Below are positions 12,001 to 24,000 of a stretch of 64,000 nt of DNA, one piece after another. A program made the translations under genes and the position numbers. Origin of the DNA: Phoronis australis (taxonomy: Eukaryota; Animalia; Phoronida); NCBI GenBank assembly GCA_002633005.1, contig NMRA01000719.1:119466-183465 (forward strand), written 5' to 3'. The first letter of the stretch is position 1, and each line of letters starts with the position of its first letter. The notes below the pieces were generated by a model, which was given only the letters and a program-made list of their open reading frames with translations, had not been told where the DNA came from and did no database searches.

Positions 12001-15000
12001 AGATGGTGCTAGGTATAGTAAGTTCCTTGAAATGGCTGCCAATTTCACAATGCGCGTGGCTAAAGTGGACCGAGTTCGGAATAGCGTAGTTATAATTCGA
12101 AGTAATTGAGGGTCATGAAATGGATATGTACGGATAGCCAGATGTCTAAGAAATGCAAAGACACCAAAATCATTCATTTAGACCCACATTTAGTGGATTT
12201 ATGTGGAATAAGTTAGGGTCCACAGTGTTCTCCACATCTGAAAATCTGAACAGGTCGCACGCGTAAAAACGCGGCGGTCAACGTTCTCCATAAGCTAGTG
12301 TGCAGTTTTTTGTGCACCTCATTTTTACCCACGCATTTTAGTAGTAATGCACAGTAGTGCAAACAAATAACTGTGTTTATTCAACTTTTTATTTTTAAAA
12401 GTTGGACTTATTTACAAACATATCACATATGTCATAACCCATTTGCTTAGTCAATGACTTTGAAATGGAAGTCTACAGACGTGTTTGATACAGTATGGGG
12501 AAATGTTTTAGGCTACTCAATAATTGTGATATCAATGTCAGCTAAGTACAAAAAGTCTAACACATAATTAAACTTTTCCTATGAAGTAGACAGTCCAAGT
12601 GAAATGTCTTTGTAAAGTCAGTCACATTTTTATGTCTTGATAGCAGAGTCTACGTTTTCCCTCAATCTGTAAGTGTAATGTCTTGCACAGCATTCTTATA
12701 GACTGAATTCTATGTTCTGAAGTTGGTACAACATATTGAACTTCTGCACTACCAGAACTCTTGTAAAAACTGCACAATATGCGAGTCCTCCCTTATGAAT
12801 GCAAATTAGTCACAGTCAAGTGACCTAATTATCAGACGTTTTGGCACATTTGGCATTATATATAATTGAAAGTACTACGGTTTGTTGTAAATTCTTTGCT
12901 GAAATAAAGGCTTACCTTTATAGAATTGTTCTGTTACTATATCTTGTCACCGAAGGCCACGTTTATGTTCTGACTGATCTTTAAAAAACACAACTAACAA
13001 ACCTTCGGAGAACCTAAATATCGGACACCATGGTTCCCCATACGCCACACTGCTGAAAACTAACTAACCAAGTAATGGCCGCAGGCACCTTGTAGCCAAG
13101 TTTCAGCTCGAGTGTTTTGACATATATGCTGCTAAAACACAGCTCCATTTGCAACAAAGTCGTTTTGCTGAATCAGTGCAGACGACTAAAGCACGTGCAA
13201 ACTCAGTGAAGTTTTTAGTATTTCTTTGCCTTCTTGATATGACACACGCACGTGCGCGGCCGGGGTTTGACTAGAGTTCAAAAACAAATAAAAAAATGAA
13301 CCAGTGACATATTGTCAGTTCAGTGAAATGATTTCTTTGTTAAAAAAGATTTTGTTTTCAACTTTTATAACCGATTTATGCGATCGTCCATTTTAGGCTG
13401 ACTTGGGGGTCTAAATTGCACCCTCGGTAAAATCAAAACAAGGCAACGCTAGAAAAAAACGAGACAGTGCCGGACATTAAATGCATTACAGCGGCACAAA
13501 AATTGGTGTCATTCTCAGGTTATGCTTTAAGTAAGATTTTATGAAATGTCGGATATTTAGGGTCCGTCCGATAATTAGGTACACTTTGTGTAGGGTAAAC
13601 GAAACAATTCACGTGCGTTTTCCATCTACTTGGACGGGAGTGTTAGGCCTGTTGATGACAACTAATATTTCTAAAAAGATATCAACTGAATTATCAAACG
13701 CGTGCAACTATGGAATTCCCATAATTTTCAGGATTGTCACAAACTCATTCTTCCATATGAAAACCATCTATTCTCAAGTAAGAGCGAATTGTATTCATTT
13801 GTATTGTTGATGTCTGACATTGTCGGCAATAATTCGTCATGTGTGCACGCAGTGTCACACTCGTTTTAATTTTCCTTGTGGTGCTCATTCGAAGACGGGA
13901 GTTTCTTTAACGGCCACCGGGGTTTTTTCGACAATATTTATGTTTGTGTCGGGGTTCGTTTCTTTGGAGCAAATGTCGAGCAGACAATCTTAGGATCTAT
14001 TGACCTATTTTGCCAGCTTTTTAACTTGCCCATCGGTCACTGACTTTTCAAATTCCACTTGACCGACGCAAAATCTACATGTACACGGGCAATCGGGCAA
14101 CCGTTAGTGTTGAGCCCTGTAATCCAGTCCATGAAGACGAATCTGAGACTGGTTTCCATTTTATTTCGTCATTTTGACGCAGGGCTATGGTTGATTAAAC
14201 AGTTTAATATCACGCCTTTCAGTATAATTCACATTGCTGTACAATATCTTTTATAAACTCGGACATGATAAAATGAATGAAGCAGAAAACTTAACTGTTT
14301 CTTACTTCATTAGCGAGCCCTGGCAATTCGCCATTTTAGAAAATTCATATTGAGGTCGTTGCCTGGTCCCCGGCTGTATTAAGTTTATGTGCATTGTCGC
14401 ATAACCACGAAGAGACAAGGTACGAAAGGATATTGAATGATTTTGTTTAACGGGGGCACAATTCAACATCCCATGGTGAAATAATTATTTTTCCCATTTG
14501 ACAAACGGCGAACAGTGCCGTTTGACTTGTGCTAATTCATTATTATTAGGGATCAATTTTTAGTAGCGATCATTTTTAATTGCGATTCTTTTTACTAGCA
14601 ATCAGTTTACTAGAGATTATTTTACTAGCGATCATTTTTACTAGGGATCATTTTTACTTGCGATTTTTGCATGACGGTGAAATTTTCACGGTCACGATTA
14701 GGCATGTGGCGGTCAATTTGAGTATGATTTATGAGTGATGGGGCCAAAAAGGAGCGTGGGGGGCTGCTCAGAAGTTTACACGCAGGGAAAACCCGGCCTG
14801 TTGTAGTCTGCCTTGAGCTGTACCATATTCGCCGTAATAACCGCCCATGCCCCTATAAGCGCCCCCCCCAAGCGTTTTCAGACTGCGCCCAGTCCATGAA
14901 CGTGTACATGCGAACAATGACGTACCTACAGTCCTAAAACTCGGCCACAGTAACGTCTTCATTTTATCAAAAATTTTTTGCACCGGTCTTCTAGACCACC

Positions 15001-18000
15001 AGCGGCACTGCTACGTTTGTATTTGGCCGTGACCATACACTTCAAAGTAACGCAGCGCTTCAAAAAGAACGCAACAGCGTTGCTACTCTCGCGACGACCG
15101 TGTCCCACTATGGTCTGACCTTTGAGTAGATATATTGACTGTCTCATGAATAAAAATAACTCGGTGTTAAATGCACGTGGCCAGGAAGCGCGCGCTACGT
15201 ATATGAACCTGTCATCAAAGACATTAGTTGGGAACTATCCATTCATGAAACGGGTAGCATAGCATCGGTAAGAAATGAACATTGGCACTAATTTCGGACA
15301 ATTTCTAATACTATAAAACATGTTTTTTGAGATGGATTGTTTGATTAACCATAATTAGTGTTTTTAAGCCAAATGTCCGATAAAATGACATCTGACAGTG
15401 AATGCTTACACACCCTTACACCGAAAAATAACTGTTAGATAGTTACGTACGCATCCAGCTACACGGCGACTAATTTGGGCCTTACCTAGACAAATGTCGA
15501 ACGTTTTTAGCACATGAGACCGGCAAGTGCTGAATGAAACACGCTTTGTTTTAGGCCTACTGCTTGTGCAAATTTCTTTATACACAATGCACATCTAGCT
15601 CGTTAGATTGCGTGGCTCTGGCCAAAAGACGGTCTCTGCTTTGTCAAATGAACTCTGATGACACGCACGCGCTCGCAGACGAACTTCAAAACAAACGTCA
15701 CGTGACAATAACATGTGTGTTTGTCCAGACATTTTTCTCGCTGTGTTGCTGATCATACATGTAGATGGCACGATGTTGCACAGATTTATACTTAAACCTG
15801 CCGTTAATCCAGACTCCACGGGAACTTTAAAAAAATCTTAGGGAGGCTACTTAGAAAACTTAATGAGGATTTCAGGTAATTTGCTTGAGTCGAAACTATT
15901 TTTATTCAAGCATTGAAGTCGCCATATCGAAGACGGCAATTTCGAGGTAGTCAGTCTGCGAGTTTTTACCCTGGGATTTCAGCACAATTTTATGTAAAAT
16001 GATTGTAATTTAGCAGCAAAGTTTGATAGCAATGCACCACAGTTTTGTTGAAAGTCTTTCTTGGATTACAGATACGTCACAGAGTGTAAATTTGATGAAT
16101 CTTCAGCTTCCGATTTCACCCGTTTCAGAGACCGAGTTTCAACCGCCTTCGGTTTAATAAGCGCCCCCCCCCGAACCGAACTTTTCTAAGCGCCCTGGGC
16201 GGTTATTACAGCGAGTACGGTAGCTGTTATTCTTATGGCATGTACCTAATTTCTGGTCATTTCTGTAAAAAACAGGTATTTAATGTAAAATATGGAACTG
16301 AAATTTTCTTAGTTGTGTCTAGTTTTGTAGATTTATATTCTGTTTACTAACTGTAGGATTGAAGCTTTGTTTCCATTCTTACAGTATGAGAGTGGTGCAG
16401 CGACTGCTTACATCAGTAGAAATCAAGTGCTGAAGAAACTTCAGTTGTCACTGCCAGATTTCAGGTAAGTGTCCTTGAGGAAAATTAGAGAAATGAACAA
16501 GGAGGAGTAGGTTGCACCTGGTAGAAAAATAAACCCGCCATTTTGTTGCTATAACTTTTATTAAGACCAAATAAACTCATTTCCAATGGTTCAATAAAAA
16601 TGGTTGAATCTGTGCTCAGGGTCCTCATTCGCCATGGATGTCTGCACCTTCTGAATCTGTGCTCAAGGTCCTCAATCACCATGTGAACGATGTCTGCACT
16701 CTCTAAATCTTAATAAAAACAACCACAGTTTTAAATCGACTTGACATGTTTCGGTGTCATTTATTCAAACACCATCATCAGAAGAGAATGCAGTGGCCAC
16801 CTAGCTAGGCCCAGAAACAAGTAATGATACAGTCAGTTACAGGGAGTGACAATAAACTAGATGAACAATGACAACCTGTGGTGTGGTGTGCCAGTTGCCT
16901 ATTGAGATTGTGCTTGCACCAACTGATGTGTAGAGCCTCAAGAATTGCTCCTTTGTTGTTTCTGCCTGGTCTTATATTGCAAAGTCATTGAAAGAGCACT
17001 GCTGATAACAATGATTGGAACTCTGTATATGAATATTTTACATGTGAACTTCTGTCAGAATTTAAATGTTCCTTGGTTCTGGTTTTCAAATGGCGAACTA
17101 CCCTGGGCCGTAGACCCATAGGAATTTTGTCCTTAGGGTTAAATAAATTCGACAGTTTTAGAGACTTGAATGTTAATACAACTCTTAAGTTTACACAGTA
17201 ATCATTCACCAATTTGTTGAGTTTTCGTTGAGCAATCTTGGCGTAAAACCCAACATAGGGTACTTTAAAGTACTTGTAGTTAGTTTTGTCTACAGGATGA
17301 ATATCATCAGGGTTATGTTGGAGTCTTGCTTTCAGTACCCTATTGACTAATTCTAGGGGATAACCATTCTTTTGCAAATTCGTTTTATGTTCTTTAATTA
17401 TATTAAAATCAAATCTAGCCCAAGTGTTGTTAATGCGATATATCCTGTCTACTATAGTTTTAATGAGACCTACTTTATAAACAAAGGATGTGAAGCTATG
17501 AAAACAAGGTCTTCTTATGAAATACAGATGTTACTACTGAGGTACCCTCATGCTCCACTAACATGTCCAGAAATGGCAAAATGTTGTCAACCTCTAATTC
17601 TATGCTGAATTTCAAGTTAGGATGCCTCAAGTTTAAATACATCAAAAATTCCTGGGCTGACTGCTGATTTTCAAACATGCAAAACACATCATCTATATAT
17701 TGTCGGTAGAAATAGACATGAGGACCAGTGTAGGTCTCAATCCATGTTTTCTCATGGTGACCTAAAAACATGCCGGCTAATATGGGAGCCAAAGGTGAAC
17801 TCATTGCTATACCATCAATTTGGTTAAAAAACTCACTACACCATTTCCCTTATCGGGTTTAATTATCACTTGGTTTTTGTTTCTTCGCAGTTCCTTGATG
17901 TCCTTAAAATTTCTCAAATCACTCCAAGATGGTCTGTGGGACGACACATGTGTTGACGCTAATCTTGTTAAATCAGCCTTCAGCCTTGGTTTTTATTGAT

Positions 18001-21000
18001 ATATGCTGCTACTTGCTATGTTATAATTCACTTTTTGCACTCTCTGGTTGCCAAAGTGATCTTTTCCATTTTTTGGAAACTTTTGTTGAAGAGTTTGACA
18101 GAATAAATACCACTTTATATTACGCTGTGTCTGGGACAAAGAAGAATTTCTGCCAATTCATGTTCCAGGCGACTGTGCATTCTGAAAGGCATCTACCCAC
18201 ATGAGCCAAAACACAAAAAGACGGTAGGGAAAGGCAGCACTGCCCCAAAGACATATTACTACAAGAAAGATATACAGTTTCTGCTTCATGAGCCCATTGT
18301 AAACTCATTCCGCCAGTTCAAAGTAAGTGTAGATCTTAAAAAAACTTTTGCATATAATTTAGTTGAGTCATATGTGTGGTATAGATGCAACTGTACTTTA
18401 TACAAGGATAAGAATTTTCTGTGGAAACGCGGATTTCCGCTTTTTTCTCTTGTTCCCTAAGCGCATTTTTGTTATATTTACGCGGAAGAAAATCGGATTT
18501 GCCTTGAAATTTCCGCGGCAAATTGGTTCTTAACCGCGGCATTGCCGATGACTTGAAAAGCGGAAACTGCTCTTTATGGTCCGTAGGAACGGAAATCGTA
18601 ATTGCTGAGGCACTTGGGATAACGTGGTTCATTAATGGCGTCTGCATATGGTATTATATTGTGGTGACAAATAGTGCCATTCTTCGGCCAAAAATGCGTG
18701 GAGCTTGGAGTAGACAGAATTGTTCGTGGAACACATGGATAAAAGAAACGGTCAATGTGTTTTCAAACAACAAAAGTCAGGGTTTGCGCTCTGTAAACTT
18801 TGACAGAGGGACAGTTACGGCGTGAGTGGACGAATCACTTTGGAGGACCACTTGAAAACGATGAAACACAAGAAAGAAAAACGCTTTCTGAAAGGAAATT
18901 CAACCGTAACTGGTAATTAGTTGGATTCGGAATGTAATAGCGTTTGAATCGTGGGATGTGAGTGATGTATGAAATTCTTTTGTTTGATCCCACAACTACG
19001 TGCAAGCTCGTGCCAGTACCGGTACTTGCCAAGTTGCTAGGCCTGAGTCCGATATTCTAATTGCTGCCGAAACGGGATACAAAGTACTATTTTCGTTACT
19101 GCAAATATGTTCTAAATTGCCGTTTATGTATTCCAATTTATTTTGTCATTTTTCATGTTTTATTTTGTTAAAAAGTCTTAGTTTGACTGACTCGAGTTTT
19201 GCAGTTCAAGAGAGAAGTGGTCACGTGACAGGTTCTGAATGATCTGATTGGTCTAAGACATTGTTTAAAAATTGTGCCTGCCTATTTTCAGGGTCCTGGT
19301 AGTTATTTCTTGTGTAAAATGAGTTGCATAGTTTGTTCTACACCAGCGTGGCTTATGAACAATTAACTCTTGTAATTACTGTTTGAAACTGAAAAGTTTG
19401 GCCATCTTATTGTGATTGTGATTGATGTATTCTATAGTTTAAAGTATGTTGCTTTTTGACTTTCATTTTTTCCATGCTAACAGTTGTGGTATGAGCCACA
19501 GGTTTTCGTCTTGACTTTTTTCCGTTTGCGTTGGAATTAATTTTTTTTGGAATTAAATGTGTATGTATTTCAGGCTTTCCAGATAATCTCTGGATCGATT
19601 TTCAATTTTTTAAAAATAATTTTGTGTCGTAATTATAAGAATTGAAAATAATTATGTCTCTCTGCAACAAATCAAGAATAAACTTCGGTCACTCACATTG
19701 CAAATGTTGCATCATTATCATTATTATTTTAGTTTTGAAAGAATATCTTTTGTTGCATCTACTTGCTTTGTTGTTGCTGAAATAGATGTCAGGTACTGCT
19801 AGTTGGTGGTGATTGCAATTACCCCCCCCCCCCTTAAGATGAGTGCGTTTTGCCAACGTGACATAGTTACGGGGCATCTTGTGATAATAATGTTTACTTT
19901 CGATCTGTGGAGGTATGGTTGTTTAGATTGCAATGTGTGTTTGGGGCAATAAAAATTCCTCTTTGTCATGGGTCATTCCAAGCCCTGTTCGTTCTGTGAA
20001 GATTTCTGCGTGCCATTTTTCAAAAGATGAATATATAATGAAGCAAAAGATGCTATTGACAATTACGTTACTTGTGTCGTGTCCTACAGCCATCTTTTGT
20101 GACCTTGATTTGTCACCTGGTGCACCCTCTGTTGGTAAAGGAGGAGGCCATAACAGACTGGTCTTACGTGGATTCTTCCAATTTTAATCTTGGTCAATAG
20201 AGGGCCACCTTGTGGTGAATCTTTGGCTATTAACTGGTTCACAGCGATAGCATATTGTAGCAAAACTTTTCTTTTATTACTTATTCAACATTTCTGTCTG
20301 TTTTCCCACATGACATCTGGTACTATGATTCTCAAAACTTTTTGCATTTTTTGGTATTTTTCCAGAATAGTCCTTAATGTGCTCTCCGGGTCATAGTCAG
20401 AAATCTCCCACTACATATGTGTTAATTATTAACTGATAATCTAAAAAGTTTCTTTGCATTAAACCACCAAATATTGATTTTGTAATAAGTGTTTTTGCAG
20501 CCGTAACCAATTTTTCACAAAATGTGGCATTGAAAAGTGGAAAGCTTTTCTTATGATTTAATTTAAAGTGTGATGTTATCTTTTAATGGCCGTTTTGGTC
20601 TTGCTATAAAGGACATTTGAGTGTCAACTAGTCCAAGTAAGCTCTGGTCCCTCACTTCTTATAACTGTTCAGTGGCCGAGATGCCCGTCCATTTTCAGTC
20701 CACATAAGAATTTGCTATTTGACTTGAGCAGTGATGTCAGAAGCAGGTAATGAATCCCGTTTGTACATCACCGGCAGTCGGACATTTAGTGTTTGCATTG
20801 TGTGACTTTCTGTTAAGAGAATTCATGTTTTTATTAATTTCATTTTATCACACTGACTTAAAATGCCTGAAAAGGGGAAGTTTTCCTTCACATGAGGTTG
20901 GTATCTCTGACAGCGACTGGGGCCTCTGAACTGGGTTTGACCACGTTTAGCCAGAGGGTTTAAGTAAAATGACCAGTAATGACTGTGGACATTAGGGTAA

Positions 21001-24000
21001 CTTTGGTTCAAATGCCAATCACCAATAGCAGATAAATGTGCTTCTGCAGCCTCTCTCAGGATGAGCCTAATAACTATATATACACAATAGTGTTGTTAAG
21101 AGTTCCTAATTAAGGTGTCTTTTGCAATGAGCATAATCTGTGTCCTGCACACATTTGATGCAATTCAGGTATCGGAACACCTTCCTTCTTTTTTAATGGA
21201 AAGGAAAAAATGGACCCATTTGTAGAAGCCTTCCTGAAAAAGTCACCATTTCGTCAAGTTTAGTCTCAGTAAAATTGCCCCTCTGTTTCTATAACTGCAA
21301 CACTGATCAATTTCGTAGGGAGTTCAATGCGAAAAGGCACCCTTTGGTTGGGAATCTTGCCTAAAAACGTCTATGGAACTGAACAATGTGCCTTGTGTGG
21401 ACTTCTATGGTAGTACCCCTCTCCCCATGATTTGATTTATGGCTTGATGTAGACAAGTCATGTATTGTGATGACACTTTAGAAGACAATTGATGTAGACA
21501 AAATGTGTGTGCTGACCATTAGATGAACATAAAGTCAACACAAACACGAGTTTCATGAAATGTAATAATTGACCCCTTACTTGAGGCAACATCAGTGTCA
21601 TCTTGCAGGTTGGTGTTGTTTTATTGCCTCTTAGTCCCAGTTTTGTTCATGTTGTAATTTCAAGTCTTGTCAGTAGTTTCAATAAATTGTACTTAGACAT
21701 TTTTGGCGTTTGCTATTGTGACATTTTAAGCCTACATTTTGCCCTGTTCAGGTGCCACTTTAAGCATATTTCAAGTGCTTACGGTTATCTAAAACCTTAT
21801 ATAGTGATCTTCATTCTAACTCCCAAAAAACAGGCTATGTCATCTAGGAAAAGTATATATTTTCTGAAAGAAAAAAGATCAGATTATAAAAATATATTTT
21901 ATGTTGATTGTGTCATTATTATTATTACGTTAACATCTTTTTAAGTCAAAATTCCATTTTTAAGAAAGGTACATCCATAACAAAATAACCATTTGGTAGT
22001 TTTTAATGAAACCCTTTTTGAATGAAACGTCACAATTTACCTCAAAAACCCTGTTGGGAATTTGAAGTACTCATTTAGTTTTTTTTCTATGCCACATTAA
22101 CTCGCAAAACTAAGGTATTTTTGTAAAATATATCAGCCGTATTTGTCTATCTTACGGTACGCAAAAACTAGACATTTAAAAGGACAATCCTAAAAGTATT
22201 TTTGAGATTGATGAATAAATATTAAAGTTGGAAAGTTTCAGTGAAATTAACCAAAATCTCACAGGTATCGCTTAATTATTCGGTGAAAACTTAGTGACAG
22301 CCCTGTCACCTTTGATCTCGGATAAGTTGTAAACAAATTTCACGTAGTTGTGCGTTTCCAAGGTGATTCTGCTAAATTTTTTTCTTATTACATGACATGT
22401 ATTTCGTATTTGAAGTTCTCCGAGTTTGAAGATGAGGTATTTTGCTAGACATGTATAAAATACTGTAAAAATGGAAATTTTTGTGAATAAGGTTTGAGAT
22501 ATCCTTAAGCCTGTACTATCTAGTGCTGAGAGGTGTTGAGTATTACCGTAATCGTTCGGGTTAACGCCCATGCTCAGTTAACCGCCCATCCCCGACTTTA
22601 AGTGGATTTCCGATTTAACCGCCCACTGCTCGGTTAAGCGCCCCCCTGCGATTTTTGAAGATTTCCAGTTAAGCGCCCACCTCTCGGTTAAGCGCCCACC
22701 CCGACTTTTAAAGAATGAAGATTTAGAGCCTAGTGCTAAGGAAACGCGCGATTCCCCGACTTTTAGAAAAAGATCGATGATCACAATGAGTGCAACGACG
22801 CCGGGACTCCGAGACGGTGGTTTAGCAATCTGAATCACAATACAGATAAAGAGTTATTGTCTTGGGTGATGAACTCACTTCAAAATACGTGAACCTTTTT
22901 GTCACTTTATTTTCTTCCCTTGTTTGCAAAGTTTAAGAACGCCGCCGGCGTCAAAACCTCCGCTTTCAGCGATTTTGTCTGCCGCACTGAGTTTCCGTCT
23001 GCAGTGCACTAGATAAAACATATATTCGAAAAAATCAGGCCAGAGAAATGTGACAATGGTTTTGCCAACCCTCCAAATTCTGTTAAGGTGGGAAGCTCTC
23101 GTATTTTGAACAAATCTCACAACTCACGGAAAGATGTCAAATTCTCAATATTTTGATGAATATAACTGCCGGGTTATAGAGGATGTGGGGCGACCGAAGG
23201 GACAGTACAAGTGCCTTACTGGGTTACCGATTTCGTTGCTGCCTGTCGATTTCTGAATTCAAACGTTGGCAATAATGTATGTTTGTGTATGATCTTGAAG
23301 TAATAAAAAACGGCTAGTCAAATTTTGTTTTTCGCTTATTGCATCTCAGTCAAACTGGTTAGCAGATTTAACTAATGTCGCTGGCTGTTCTTTACTATTT
23401 CTTGCGTCAGCCCCCACGTAAGCGTGACTGTGTGAATTATCGTTTCCACATCCCCTTTTTAGCCATCCAGAATAATTTTGTTTATACATTGGCCATTTTC
23501 AGCCTGAACAAAAATTCTTACCATTCGAGTCTGAAATATCTACGACGTAGACTGCTTGACGATAGTGGGTAGGAGATTCACGCAGCTAGTTACAGGGATG
23601 GGCTTAGGGAGCATCGAGCCGGGAAATATGGGAATAGACTTGACATCGCAGTTTTGGGGAACATTGGCAACGGAGGAATATCGTAAAGAACTGGGTCTTT
23701 CGTAACAACAGCTTAAAAGCACATAGTCACGCCCGTTTTTGTTACTTCGGACTGTCGCTATATGTGACTGATTTGTAGTGGTGCACGTGCGCAAGTTCCC
23801 ACACTTTGGAGTGCATGTTACCTTGACACCAACATGTGATTGACAGGTGACTCACACGTAGGCCCTACGTGCGTGCTGAATACCGCCACTATCTTTGGCC
23901 ATAAAAAACGAGATGCATATTGAAAGAGGCCGTTATATTACTTGACGGCATTTCCAAGTCACGATTGTCAGCCGACTGAGACATTGCGCGATAACAGCGG

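Larger units (their letters stand above)
9361..12221 (+). mobile_element. Merlin (IS1595/ISXO2-like DDE) transposon, decayed, with ~430-bp TIRs
   Basis: Long inverted repeats 9361-~9790 and ~11780-12221 beginning GGACCCTAACTTATTCC, enclosing transposase remnants; TSD not found. Confidence 0.8.

Noticed and set aside
9405-12177. Two similar ORFs (9405-9656 +, 11911-12177 -) suggesting a duplicated small gene
   Set aside because: They are translations of the two Merlin TIRs.
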